Shown piece after piece: positions 24,503 through 37,780 of a stretch of DNA of 64,000 bases. The position numbers were made by a program, and so were the translations under genes. Within the stretch, counting starts at the first letter, position 1. Each line of letters starts with the position of its first letter. The DNA is from Atractiella rhizophila (Eukaryota), in contig MU271366.1 in the NCBI GenBank assembly GCA_021432655.1, positions 1 to 64,000 on the forward strand. Reading direction: 5' to 3'. The notes under the pieces are model-generated. The model ran no database searches, was not told the DNA's origin, and saw only the letters and a program-made list of their open reading frames with translations.

Positions 24503-27500
24503 GCCCTACTTCATCACTCCATTGCCAACCAGGAATTTGGCTTCACTGCTATTCGATATGGACCAAAAGTATATAGGCAGAAAGGACATGTCCCCCGTTA
24601 CCCCTACCTCACCACTACACCTAGTCCTTCGACTTCAGAAACCATGGTATCCAATGGCCACAGTATCATTGTTTCACATCACTCCGCCCTTTCCATCGCA
24701 GCCTACATCGATTCACTTTTACTCCCTGCCGTCCGTCCCCGCTTCTCGATGCAACCACGTCTCCTGCCAATCTCAAACTTCGACCAGACCCCGCTTTCCT
24801 GAGGAAGAGGAGAAACGCGATTGTGGACGCGTTGGAAGGAAATAGTGTCTTTGTCGCTTGGCGGAAACCAGTGGGTTTGGAGGAGAGAAGGAGGATGCTT
24901 AAACTGAGAAGGGAAAGGAAGATGCGGATTTGAGGACCAAGGGTTGCGTTGCTGAAATGGTGAAGAAGGTTAAATGTGCTAAATGAGTATGGTAAAGGGA
25001 AGACAGAAGGCAAATTGATGTCAGTCGAATCGGTCGGTCTGCCTGGCCAAGGGATGCTGATGCCCTCTGTGTTACAGATATCGTTACTCCACCACAATTT
25101 GTGTATATTGCCAACCCACCCCCATCCCATTCCACATCGCGATTTCTCCATCTACAAACACGCTTGATCACTTTTCTATTCTGTTCTCATCCTATTTGTG
25201 CAGGCCAATATTTCCCATACATACCTGCCTCTTCTGAAAGAGTCAATTTGCACGATTCATTATTGATATTATCTGGAAGCAGCGATGGAAGTCAGAATTC
25301 TGAGAAGGTGACTCCATATGCTGGAGCCAAACCAGTCCCCTTAGTTTCCCCGCAGGTTTGTGAGTTACTCAAAGCACTCCCACTAACACAATGATCTCTC
25401 AGCGTCGTATCAAAGGGTATTGGACATGAATGGCGTGGAGTACTTTCCTTCATCGAGTGATGGACTCGTGTGTGGTCAGTACTGGTTTCGCGTCTGGTCT
25501 GGCATTGCCATGCAGCATCTCTCAGTTCCTGGCCGGATTAACATATGTGCGGTGGTTGTTAGGTCAAGCGTTGGTTTCCCACTTCCAACGCATCATTGAG
25601 TTATTCTGATGAAGTCGAGGGAAAACCTGTGTCTGCCAAAATTTCGACACTCAAAATAAATGTGAGTTACAGCCTCTGCCTCTGGCTTGCTGTGATGATC
25701 CATATGGATGTTGATGGGTAAATACTTTAGACAAGCGTCCTGCCGTCATCAGAAAACACTTCATTTCTTGCAGACTCAGGGCACAACTGGTTGGTGACAT
25801 CGACCCCATCAAAATGTGTTGCTTGTTATGGGACACTATGTGATATCCGTGATTCCAGCGGTTTCAAGCCCCAAAATTTCATTATCAAATCTTTCTGTCT
25901 CAGAACCGCTTCCTGTTGCGTTTCTTTCTCCCTCAGCTATTTGTGCACATGTGCCTACGGAAGTTTGGCGCCATCACAAGCGCGATTGTCCATTCTACTT
26001 TCATCACGATATCCTCTGGCTACAATACCTCCGAAATCTCAGTCGTCCTCTTCAGTGATCCAATACTTTGGCACATTTCTCCACGGTCCGCTTCAGGCAT
26101 CGTCAAGTCGTTTGGTCACTATTTGCCAACTTTGGTCGTCATCGGCACTGACCAAAACGGCGGCTCATCGAAACCTGGGGGGCGGAACAGTCCTGCCTCG
26201 AAGTAATAAGTAGTCTGTTCAGAAAGCACGATACAGAACCGACTGGCAAAGGTTTCTACTGGATATTAGTTCATTAAATGACACTGAACTTATTCCTTTT
26301 AATAACTATCGACATTGTCAAACGACCAAAATGTTCCCTCCATTGATAACGTTATCGGACACTGTACAATGCACAGTCAGTCGAGGTTCACATGGATGAA
26401 TCGAATGAGGAAACGCAGTGACGCTGACGATACAAGCGAGAAAAAAATGTAGTGACGTCCACAATGCACAGTCTTGTCCATTCAGAAGGTTCAAGTTAGG
26501 ACTGGGAAAGTTATAATTCCGAGAATCGATTGGATAAACTGGGTTGTGCCTTTCTTCCCTTTATCAGCTCATTCTAATGGAGTGAAGAACTGGCTCTCAA
26601 TATCAAAGTTAACGCCGACGAACCCCTCGGCCTCCACATCCAGCCTCACAATGGGCAAAACATCACGGACAGTGGGAGCTGAGGTGACTAGGATTTCGAT
26701 TGTCTTCAGATCGTGGAGGAGAAGAAACATACACCATGCCATTATGGGTACAGCAGGATCGAGGCTCACAGGACAATGACATCCTTAATCTCGCTTGGCT
26801 GATCAGGTTAGGTTCTCAATCCCAGAATTCGGCGCGTGACCTGTTTTGATAACAGACCCAGATCCTTAACACCACATATTAATGTCACTCAAAATTCGCT
26901 CCAGCCCTTAGATATTCCGGATTCAAGATCTTCGCACCTGTATGCAGATTTTGCCTCCAAACAGCGAGACCATTGCTTGTAATCTCTCAGAGATATCAAT
27001 GAAAATATAGTGTTTCATAAAATCTGTGTTTTTCAAGTATCTATATGCAATTACTGTATTTTTTTTTCGCAATCTCAAGAATGAGGTTGAGCAATCATAC
27101 CCTGTCAAAAGTCCTTTCCGACATTTTCCCTTATTCCTGGCTTTTCGCGGCAAATTCAGACAAAGTTCCCGCATTTTCCTGCATACACATAGTCCGATAA
27201 CTATGAAGAAATATTTTCTCATGCTGAGCTGGAAATTGATGGAATTTCCTTCCCTTTCCTTTCAATGTCGTACTACATCGCAGACGACGCGCAGAACTCT
27301 GATTTTTCAGTTCTGAGTCACTTTCTCGAGTTCTCGAGGATATTCAAGAAGCAGTCACCGTCAATTGCGATCAGCGCAAAACCTAGGGTGCAGAGGAGGT
27401 GCTTTACAATTCTTTCTGGTTTGTTGTCTCTTCTATTCACGATGTGGAATGGACTGCTAACCAACACGCTTCTAGTGGCAGCTTCCAGCAAAGCGATCGC

Positions 27501-28004
27501 ACGGCTTTTCATGACATAGTATAGTCCCTAACAACTTGATGACAGATTCCCTCAACCATCTTCCTCCTCTTGGCCAATCTCCGCAAGGTCTCCCTGTCCG
27601 TCAGTCTATAAGGCTTGTTAACTCCAACTCCACCTTAGCTTTCCAGCAAAGTCAGCCCATCAATCCGACCCCTCGTATCAAACGAATGAAGGACAGCTTT
27701 ACTGCCCATCTGATGGTTCCAAGGTGTACGTGTGAATGGCAATCAAACGAAATTTGCATGTGCATGCTGATTCATTACTTAACAGGTTCTTTGGCTACCG
27801 GTCAGTGTCACATACTACCTTAAGAACAACCTTGCATAGGAAAGCCCCGGTCAGTCTCCCTCTTGTGTCTAATGCTGCACTAAAGTATTTACTCCAAGAG
27901 TCACATTGTATGGTGGAATGGAGTGGAAGATGAATGACTTCTCGACGGTACATGATCAGAACTTATGTTATTATCAGCAGGCCCCGAACTTGTGGATGAT
28001 AAAA

Positions 28005-31000
28005 TTAATCACTTTCTACATCCAAACCTAGTTTATGCACAATGAACCAATCCTCAAACCATGGTCTGGGAACCACCGCAACCATTTCAGTAATGTTATG
28101 AACAGGAATCACAACAAGTACACCTGCCGGTGCAGGCTTACAAGTCACCACAACACCGTAACGATCACGGCTCTCATACTCTTGGAATGGTCGAACTAGA
28201 GCAAGATGGTGGGTAACTGAGGCCGTGGTCAGTTCCAAGAAGTAACTGACCTCGCCATATTCAACTTCCATTTTTGAGGTAGGGGAGCTGCGTCGTGTAT
28301 ACATGATGTTCCGACTGATGCGAACCTCATTCTGAGGGCGTTGCAGTTCCTTCCATCAAGTACGCACTCGCTCCCCATTTGGCAGTTGAAGACGTGCCCA
28401 TTTTGTAAAGTTACCATTCCATGCCGACAGCTCCACTTCAGTGTGAAGCTGTCGCAGATAATTCAAAGTGACATCCCTCTCAGGTCCATCGGTAAAGACC
28501 GCAGGTTCAGAGGCACGTAACAATGCAAAGGAACCACCTAATTCGAGAGCGCCTTTAGGGAGTGTACGGAGCATTCGTTTCTCCATGAGTGTGGTGTCAA
28601 TGGAGCGTAATGCTTGACACTGTGCTTGCTGAATACACTGCTTTGAGAGGTTCTGGTAAGGCTTTGATGGTTGACGTATTCTTGAGCCCAAAATGCCGAT
28701 AGTTCGCTCGAGAGTCCACTGAGTGACGTAGATAAATGGTCCAACTCGACGAGTTTGAGCCGCAAGATGCAAAAACTTGTGCAGAGACATTCAACAGAAA
28801 TTGACACGATGGATGTCCTTTTGATAATACAGCTGTTCAAACTCTTTAACGTATTCAATAATTAGTCCCTCAGCTAAGTCCAGCTCCCTTCGAGAGATTC
28901 GACGCTTTCGCAGAATTCGAATGCAGTAAACGATTTTGACGTAGTGTGAGTAGAACGGTTCAGGAATGTACCCTTCGAGCAATCCTGGTCCAAGTCCATA
29001 GAAATAAGTCTCCCACTCCTTCGCCTTATAATCAGAGTACTTGATATCAATGTTCCGAAGAAATTTGTCCCATGACGAAGGGATGTGTGTGTGAGTATTC
29101 GCAACTTCAATACCGTGCTGTTGCCAAGCTTCGCCCAAAAGAACCTCCCATTCCTGTCAATCTTCTGGCAGGATAGATGATTGAAAAGGTGCGTCCTTTC
29201 CACGTTTGCGTTTGCCTGTTTTCGCTCTTATCATGTTGGACGGATGAATCATGCCTCGCCAGAGACCCAGCATCAATTCAGGAAAATTGAGATTTGGGTG
29301 ATGCATTCCATCAACAATGAAACAGAAAGGAGGACCGTCACCAAACGTGGGTATTTCGGCGAAAGGTGTATCACGGACAATGCCATATTTTCGCTGGAGG
29401 GCTGCTGCTTTTCGAAGTCGACCAGCACGGCGCGCTGCCTGAAGTTCTTCCAAATGGGTTCGATATTCCTGGGCAGTTTCGGTGGGAAGATTATGAGGAT
29501 CATAATCTGGTCGCTCAACTTCAGACTCTTGATAGTTTGTCAGCCGGCTGAGAGGATAATAGTAGATTGAATGTCCAGGCTCATGTACTCCGATTAAGGC
29601 ACAGCCGTTAATATGACAGCCTCGACGACCTGTATGGCCAACTTCTCCCGCCATCTCACTAGCACAGATGGTATCGAAAAGTCCAAGTGCGATAAAAGGA
29701 CGAGAACGGAACCAGATATTACACTCAGAGTCGTGGATAGGAAAACCACTGATAGACAGCTTTTTGACACGTTGGAAAATTGGATAAAGAAAGGAATTCT
29801 GGTCCCAAGGTTTGTTCGGTCCTGGAATAATTGCGATAGGAATAACATATTGCTGTTTGTAGCGGATCTCTGGTGGAAGGTTGTAGTCGATCATGACGAT
29901 AAATATTGCATCTGAAGGTTTTTTGTTATTGAACACCTGAGCACCATCGAGCGAGAAGGCGAGCAGTGTGTCAGAAGGGAGAATCTTTTTCTCGTGTACC
30001 AGCTTCAAGTAATCTGAACCACAATAAATATCGTCAAACTCGTCTGGAACCATTCCTGGTAATGGATATTTCGTAAGCAGAGCTTTTGTCCGTCTCGCTC
30101 GATGCTTCGAAGCAGAAGATCCTTGAGGTGTTGCCCAACGTGCCTGAAGAGGAGTCTCAAAAGGAACAAGGAAGAACTGTTGCTGGGAAACATCCTTAGT
30201 TCGTCCACTTCGCATAGTCTTTTGTCGATAGCGAGGAAGATGGCATTTAGGGCACTCTTGAAGATCAGATCGACTACCGGTATAAGCAATGCAGGTGTTT
30301 GGACACATATCGAAAGCTTCAGGAATGATACGGCTTTGATTCCTAACAAGGCGCTTGATTTGGTCAAGAGAGAGGGTAGGAGTTTGAAATCGATCCTCGA
30401 TCCAGAGACGCAGATCGTCATAAAGGCATCCAGCAGCACGACCATGGCACATCATGAAAAGCTCGAGGGATATGATTTGTTCACGAGATAAAGGTGTATA
30501 TCCGTACTTTTCTTCGTCTTTAACGTCGTGAACTCAACACTCAGCTTCCTGAACCACTTTCTGCTCATGCAAAAGGCGTACAAGCTGCTCGTCACTCAGC
30601 AAGAGGTTAGAAACCATATCATCCACTGTTCCGGAACAATCAGCAAACTTCAAGATTTTATTCAGTTGATCGGCCCACGCTCATCCATCTCTCCGACTCC
30701 TGCCAGGCCAGTTTCCTCCTCTCCATCTGAAGAGTCGTCCTCTTCTAGATCTGTTGAGTCTTTTTCCGATAAGTCGTCCTTAGGTTCTTCCTCTCCTTCA
30801 TTTCCAACAGTTGGTCGTGCAAAGCCATCACGCACAAGTCTTCGCAATTCGACCCGCTCCACCTCAGCAAGAATGGCCTCAATAGGGTCCTGTTCACCTT
30901 CGGGAGCTGTAGTGGGAGCATCAGTGGAATGAACAGCCTAACAGAGGATTTAGGCAAGGGTATCTTTCAGTCAAATCCTTACGCTGGTTCCTCTATTGAA

Positions 31001-31213
31001 CGTGCGCGCATAGGAATCTTGCTCCTCCTCACCTTCGCTGTTACTCGCCATCTCTCCTTCCTCCTCCTCCTCATATCCATCAATCCCACCAAGATCTGCC
31101 TCACGATATCGTGCATGCCGATCAAATGTCCTCTTCGCTACTCTTCGCCACTCCCCCCCACAGTATCTGCCACAGTTGCACGCCCAATCTAGTGCATCTT
31201 CTGCACTGTCCAT
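28005..31213 (-). pseudogene. CACTA (Tnp2/Transposase_21-like) transposase with four in-frame TGA stops and a probable N-terminal frameshift
   Basis: DMCPNTCIAY...CPKC; AFSLDGAQVF...NLPPEIRY...IIPGPNKP...SFLYP; GHTGRRGC; VDGMH; KAKEW; SLHKFLH...GP...QWTLERTIG. ORFs 29157-30455, 28791-29138, 28356-28790 and 28005-28304 are all in one frame. Confidence 0.93.
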
Positions 31214-31356
31214 GACATGACTTGAGGCAGTGAGAGGAGTTGTGGAATGGATACAAAGTGAACTTGCTCACGTGCGTTGCCCACTTCCCTACTTCATTTT
31301 TTTTCAACTCGACAATCTCCTTCGTTCTGACATATACCTTTAAAGCTGAGAAGTAC

Positions 31357-33832
31357 ATGTCTGCTGCTAAACGCTCGAATACTATATCCCTTTCAGATGA
31401 AGAAGAAGAAATATGGAGTGATAACAATGGCTTGGATGATTTAGGGGAAGGTATGGTATTTTATCACATTCTCTTCGTATCATGAATTAATTGGTAGAAT
31501 GTACAGGTTATGACCCATATGAACATCTCACCGTCCTAACGCCAACACAATCTTCCCTGGCAGCCATTACGCCCCACAGCCATCTACCAGACTCTGCCAT
31601 CGTGCCACCCTCCATCAATACAACAGTCTTACGTGTTCAGACACCATTAAGGCACTTATCTCATTCTGAGATAACGTTGGTCGGAAATGCGGACGAGCAT
31701 ACCTTGGGAATATCTGGAAATGTGGTATATCAACGTTTAGTCAAGGAGGTGGAACGGTTGAGAGGACTTAATGAATCTCTACAGTACGTGTCAACAAATC
31801 TTTTCTTTCGTTTAATCTGTGGGGCATAACTATGGGTTGAAGGATGGCTATCTGTAACCTAACCTCCAATACTTCTCTTACACCTCCAGTTTCCTCCACT
31901 ACATCGCTCCAGATGCCCAAACTAAATAACTTCGACATTCCGCAACAGTATCGTGACTTCCAACTGCCTCCGCCTGCCCGAGAAAAGCCTGCTCATATTC
32001 CCTACTTCACTTTTGACGATTTCAAGAAATGGCGGACACTGTTCCCAAAGCTACCTCCTGGAGAGAAGGAAAAGCGCAAGTATGAATGGCTCAAGACTAA
32101 GAGTGGTGCACAGGTCACTGCGGAGCGAATAGCTGATCTGAAGCGGGAAGCGAGGGAGATTCTTGAAGGAAATGTATAACACTCCGCTATTCTGCCGGAA
32201 GACATGGTCTAAGATCCCTCACGTACATCGGATTCATGGAATCGCCGTACTCGAGTGCAAGTTTCCTGAGCTTACACAGTGTCAAGGACATGCCATGGCG
32301 GACCACGTCTTTCGTGAACTGAAGCATCGGCAGCTCGAGAACCTCAACGCGGTGGATAGGCGGGCAGCGAAGCGGGTTAAGGTAGAAGAGCAGGTGGAAA
32401 GTGTGACACAGGGGCACGATGGCTGCATGTGCGACGACCAAACAACTGTGCCTGGAAGAAAGGAAGTGGAGAAGAAGAAGGTAGCGAAGTTGAAAGTCAA
32501 AGAGAATAAAAGAAGAAAACGTTGAAGTCTTTCCTCAATTGTGTGTCTTCTCTGTGAAACTCTTCCAATTTTCTGACAAAGTATGTAGAAGAACTACTTC
32601 TGAGGACATTCTAGATCCTACCTTACGGAGCGCTGCCAGGTCCGCAGTCCAACCTCAAAATGAGCTTGCGAAGAAATCTGAAACCAGTAAGGTTTCCACC
32701 CTCCGCTTGACCGCTGTTCAAGGTATCATCAGCTATTCTGTCTTGCGATTTAAACGATAATCCCGCATCTCCCATGACCTCCATCGCCAGTAGCTACAGG
32801 TTACAGAATCCTACTGTCCCCGATGCTAATGGTTTGTCTACTTCTCCTTGATCGCAAGCTCACAGTGACAGCTAAAGTACCTTTGCTTTGAATAGGCTCG
32901 TCACGCCTAAGTCGGATTCAGTCAGGACCGACAGGTGGCATTTCTACTGAAGGTGTCAAGGGGATGTTGAAATCAGTTTGTCTTTTCCCCTAGCTCAACC
33001 AAATGCCATTCTGATGTTCTCGAAAGGCGTTAACGGACAGCGGGTCTGTCAGTGTGTGGAATGTCGAGTTGGAGATTCCTGCTCCTGGTAGGACTTTGCA
33101 TGCCATTTGACTAAGTCGATGTACGCTAACTCATGATGCACAGGCAGTCCTGTTCCATCTTCTGCAGTGCCATTCACACAGAAAACTGTGCTACCGGCGC
33201 GGTCATTTGGCAATGCCATGGCAGTCAACAACGTCGCTGCAGCTTCAGCTTCTCTACATGATAAGGTTCATTATTTCTTTGATTAACACGCGGATAACAG
33301 GCATGTGTAATGTAGGCAAATACGGGAGGAGCTGCCGTCTGTGCACCACCATCACTCAAGCGGATTCAAGGAGGGCGGTCAGGTCCAGCTTCGTCTCAGG
33401 GCACATGAGGCTAACAGACCGCATTGTTCAGTGAGATGTATCGGCGCTCTCGAATCGAACAATTGGAAAAGGAACGTGCTGATGGCAGCAACATCTTGGA
33501 ACCGAACTGGAAAGAGGAGTACAAGCGACTTTCTCAATCTGAAAAGCAGGTGAGGTATTGTTACTATCCCACAAATCTATTCGCTTACCAGTAACCGTTT
33601 CAGATGTGGAACAAGCGATACAAAGACCTCAACGCATCACTTCATGATCATAGCACGACTCCTGTCATTGTCCCCTCGACGACGGAGGGACAGTTATAAT
33701 ATGCTGCAAGACAGACTTGTATGGAAAAGCGTAGAAGAGCTAGGAAGATGGGTTTCAGAGGTACCTGCAGGGGATCTGATGACGGAGGAGGTGCGCACGG
33801 CCAGGAAAGAGGGGGGAGGAGGTGCAGGATAA
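31357..33832 (+). CDS. Accessory (ORF2) gene of CACTA no.1, multi-exon, disrupted; 3' limit uncertain
   Basis: Starts MSAAKRSN, about 145 bp from the transposase start, divergently; short GT-AG introns; motif KTWSKI...VLECKFPELTQCQGHAMAD; frameshift near 32165. Confidence 0.65.
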
Positions 33833-34890
33833 TACAGGGAAATGCAGCTATTCACAATCTATACATTTGATTTAATTCTATTATACATTCTCAATATGTT
33901 TTCTGCTTCGCGAAAATCCAGGAAATAATCAGCAACCCAGGCCATAATTTTCGGTGTCTCCTGCATATTCCAGCAGGACGGAAATTGTTGTAAAAAGGTC
34001 GGGAAATGTCGACAAACGACGGAAAGGACTTTTGACAGGGGATAACCCCTGGTACAATTTGTAGGGTTGGCCCTACCCGTAAGTTTAATCAATTCAATTC
34101 GCAATTCATTCGCAATTTGCGGTTTTAGTTTCGCTTCCGCAATTGCCGCGGGGACCAACTTGTTGGCTCCGTTTGAGTAGTTGCTCGACCCTTATAGGGG
34201 TAGGGTCGACCCTAGCCGATGGTTGAACGGTTCGACAACAGCGACACACCATGACTCATTGATGAAGGTTGATGAATGTCAGTCCAAAGTTTTTTCGAAT
34301 TTTTTTTGGTTTGAGCTTGGTTTGAGGCCCTGGAACCTTGCAGGGCCGTCCTAGTGCTGAGCTGGTGCTGAGCTAGTCACCTAAGACACCAGGAAGGCAC
34401 TGTCACTGAGGTTAGTGCCTGGCTGGGGCTGGTTTAGAGGCGATTTTTGGCTCCGCAGCAGTGCCTTGCAGGTGCTTTCAGTACCTTCGTGGTCACTCCC
34501 GAGTGCTTTTGCTCAAATCGAAAATTTATGCTTTCAGTGCACAAAAGGAGCGCTTGAGGAGCATTGGCAGTGAGGGATTGGTGGCTAGTTTTAGTGCATG
34601 GATGGAGCTATTTAGTAACTACATAGTGCTTAACTTGAGCGCATGTTTAGAGCCGCTTCAGTGGCGGTCCAGTCACTCGATAGATATGACGGTATTGGAT
34701 TGCAAAAGGTAAGAGAAACCGTAGTGTTCCATCTCTCTATCCCTCCACACCAATATCCCCCACAACAACGCCACTGGTAACGAGTCCGCCACTTCCATTC
34801 ATCCCATTCTGCCTATCCCCATGCATCTTGAGGAGCCTGAGAAGCTCCAGAATTTTTTTATCGATGGAGCTGAATTTTGTGATGATGACT

Positions 34891-36222
34891 TCAGGCGCGA
34901 AGTCCTGACAAGTCTTGAGATGAGATACTGCTCCATGGAAGAAAGTGAATGCATACCTGGTTTTGCAACATCTTTTTCCAGTGCTCCGCTGTCCAGCAGT
35001 TGCTCTTTGCCATTTTTTTGGCCTCCAAGAGCTGAGATTTTCTATCCGAAAGATCCAGAAGTGGTTTGAGCTTGTCTACGTCCATGCACAACCCTACGAT
35101 CTCCTCTGGAGACAGAGCAGCGGCGGGATCATTTTGCTTATTTGACCTTCCCCTCTTCTTTTTATCTATGCCAGCACCATTAGCCCCGACAGCAGGTGCC
35201 AGCTTGAGTGGAGTGGGGCGAATATCGAGCAGATCGATGGATTGTGGTGGTTCCTGTGCTAGGCGGAGCGAGCTGGAACTGTGAGGTAGGTGAGGGAGAT
35301 TGTTGAATGTAGTGAAGGGGTTCTGCGACGTCGGAGGGGGACCGAGGTCAGCGAGAGGCTGATTATCGAGTTGAAGAGGTGGAGGATTGAGTTGGTGCAC
35401 CTTTTGGGGGACGGACAAGTTCGTATTGATGTGGTTTTCGTGATGAGGGGGTTCGTCTCCCATGGGAGTGTGTGGAGGCCAGTCGTTGGGAGGAAGAACA
35501 GGGCCAGGAGACGGGGGAAGGATATTGATGGCGGTTAGACTTGGCTGCTTTCTGGTTTGGTCTGCATCTCTAATGTATCCTTCCAGTCGCAGTCTTTGTA
35601 GCAAGCTTTCCGAGTAAGTGGCTGGCACCATCGTGTTTTTTAGTGCTTTTGCTGATCGGGTGTCCTTGCCATGTTTGGTTAACCTCCAGCAAAGGCATGA
35701 GAACATAGCACTCACGATTACGGAATTGCTGCCACCGCCTTCTAGCCAAGCGTCGGCCAGACTCTCCGCAAGTCTTCCTACGCAGGTAAAACTCAACAAC
35801 ATTGGCGTCGTCTCCTCCCAATCAGGATGTGCATTCTTCCACCGCCTGCCTAACCGTCGTGCGACATGTGCACCTCGTACGATGACTCGCAGCAATTCCC
35901 CAATTGCATCTCGCGAGCCAACATTCTCCCATCTCTTTAAGTGAAAAAGGGTATCTTCTCCAAGGCTATTGTGGCCCAACATATCCCCTCGAGCGCTGTT
36001 CTGCAGATCTTCAGAGCTGTAATCGTCCTCATCAGCTTCGATTGGGAGATTAATGTCGTATTCTGCTTGCGTGATTGATTTGAGAAGGCGTTTAGTGGCT
36101 GCATTCGCGACGGTCTCGCCTGCACTGGAGTGGGAATCGGCATGCCACAGGGGCAATACTCCTTCGACGATAAACGTAGCCAGTACATCAAGATTTGTGA
36201 GAGTGTCATGGTCAACAACCAT
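34891..36222 (-). CDS. 443-aa open frame inside CACTA no.2, probably downstream exon(s) of the accessory gene; function unknown
   Basis: Long open frame with a helical-looking N-part and a Pro-rich disordered segment; same strand as 36543-37478. Confidence 0.55.
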   Translation of the reverse strand: MVVDHDTLTNLDVLATFIVEGVLPLWHADSHSSAGETVANAATKRLLKSITQAEYDINLPIEADEDDYSSEDLQNSARGDMLGHNSLGEDTLFHLKRWENVGSRDAIGELLRVIVRGAHVARRLGRRWKNAHPDWEETTPMLLSFTCVGRLAESLADAWLEGGGSNSVIVSAMFSCLCWRLTKHGKDTRSAKALKNTMVPATYSESLLQRLRLEGYIRDADQTRKQPSLTAINILPPSPGPVLPPNDWPPHTPMGDEPPHHENHINTNLSVPQKVHQLNPPPLQLDNQPLADLGPPPTSQNPFTTFNNLPHLPHSSSSLRLAQEPPQSIDLLDIRPTPLKLAPAVGANGAGIDKKKRGRSNKQNDPAAALSPEEIVGLCMDVDKLKPLLDLSDRKSQLLEAKKMAKSNCWTAEHWKKMLQNQVCIHFLPWSSISSQDLSGLRA

Positions 36223-36542
36223 GGCTCGAAGCTCATCTAGCTATGGTTAGTTGTGGATCTGACATGGATGGGGAACACAAACTAATTATGGCAGGAATGG
36301 TGTTAGATGTGCCAGGCAGATCTTTCTGCTCTGTAGCCACCGGATTCTGATTAATCCTCTTCTCTCTTAAGGGATCAGTGGGTAGGTCTGCCTGCATAAA
36401 ACATAAAGTACTATTTGGAGATCAAGAAGAAATGACACACCATTGCTCTAGACTTCTTCCCATTTCTGTTCCCCATAATTGGGACCATTGTTCCGCTGCT
36501 CAAAGCATGCCCTCCGCTCCCTGCACCCTATCTCAAACCCGG

Positions 36543-37478
36543 TCATATCCACCATAAAAGGTGCATACCTTGTTCTCCGTCGAAGCTTTCCACTCTCTTT
36601 CTCTTCTCATTCAACCTCTTCACACCATCAATACCACCCTTTCTCTTCGGTGCTTCCTTAAGAGCTAGAGTTCCCCCGCTATCTTGATCTCCGCCAACAC
36701 CACAAGGAGTTTTGTCGTCATCGTCATGATTGCTTCCGCTCGCATTTCTAAGAACTGCTGTGACAAATATGCGAGCCATCCAGTCGTTCTTTCCGAGACA
36801 AAGTACCGAGCTGTAGTCATCTTCAAGCCTGCGCAGTATGTTGGGAAGGTAGGTAGTCTTGCAGATTCCTTCCTGGTTCTTGATTGACCTCGACGTGTCC
36901 AGGTAGGATCTGACGTAGACAGTAGCGTCGTTGCGGATAACATCGGCAGTTCCCTTTGATAATGGTATCGAGCCAGTGACAGTATCGTCCAATTGGTCGA
37001 AGACAAGCTGCTGCAGAACTCGCAATGGATCGAGGAGGTTGTTCTGAGCGCCAGTACGGGTCGCAGCTACAGCGTGCTTACGTTCCCAAAAGACCTCGAG
37101 CCTCTCAGCCTCTTTTTCATCGATAAGGGATCTGTAGGGTCGTACTGGCTTCGTGACCCAGTCCTTTGTATCTGAATCAGCGACAGGATCGGTGGACAAG
37201 ACAGGGGTGCCTTTGATGCGAATTTGTGCAGTCGAGTTTGCAGACAGCGGGGGAGGTTGTCTAATCTTCTCGAATTCCAGCTGCAACCGTTCCACTTCCT
37301 CATTCTTCTCCGTGTAGAACTTCTTCCACTTCTCTTTGTCTATTCTTTCTCTCTCCAAAGATGTATCTAGATCAAACACCTTGGATTCCAGCTCCCGCAC
37401 GTAAGGATTTGAAGAGAGGTCGCGTCGAGTGGCAATTTGGATGTAGTCGATAAAGGAAGCGTCTTCTGGGGTGATCAT
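36543..37478 (-). CDS. Accessory (ORF2) gene of CACTA no.2, first exon
   Basis: 311-aa ORF with a coiled-coil-like N-terminus and motif LRRLEDDYSSVLCLGKNDWMAR; divergent from the transposase. Confidence 0.7.
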   Translation of the reverse strand: MITPEDASFIDYIQIATRRDLSSNPYVRELESKVFDLDTSLERERIDKEKWKKFYTEKNEEVERLQLEFEKIRQPPPLSANSTAQIRIKGTPVLSTDPVADSDTKDWVTKPVRPYRSLIDEKEAERLEVFWERKHAVAATRTGAQNNLLDPLRVLQQLVFDQLDDTVTGSIPLSKGTADVIRNDATVYVRSYLDTSRSIKNQEGICKTTYLPNILRRLEDDYSSVLCLGKNDWMARIFVTAVLRNASGSNHDDDDKTPCGVGGDQDSGGTLALKEAPKRKGGIDGVKRLNEKRKRVESFDGEQGMHLLWWI

Positions 37479-37780
37479 GTTGCAAATATCTCTAAGAGGG
37501 TTGCTGCAGGGCGTTATTCGAGCAAGAAATTGAGAGGCTTGCAGAGTTTCTAAGGCGAGAGTCTGGAGCAGGCTACGTCGTCGTCAATCTTCGGCCACAA
37601 CGAAAATACAAGTTTGTTTGGACTTTGCGCATGCGCAACTTGGAGTGCATGCACCAGAAGAAGGGAAGCATTAGAACTTCTCTTCACAACACAGAAAAGG
37701 CCGACATTACCTCGACTGAGACCCAGATGCATTACGTCCATCTGAACACCTTCGTGTTAAGCATCCTGACCCTCCTTTTC

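Larger units (their letters stand above)
27100..34041 (-). mobile_element. Full-length CACTA/EnSpm DNA transposon no.1 (~6.9 kb)
   Basis: Perfect 21-bp TIR CCCTGTCAAAAGTCCTTTCCG (27100-27120 and inverted 34020-34040); ATA on both flanks (27097-27099, 34042-34044, with one extra G at 34041); encloses a Transposase_21-type gene and a divergent second gene. Confidence 0.9.
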
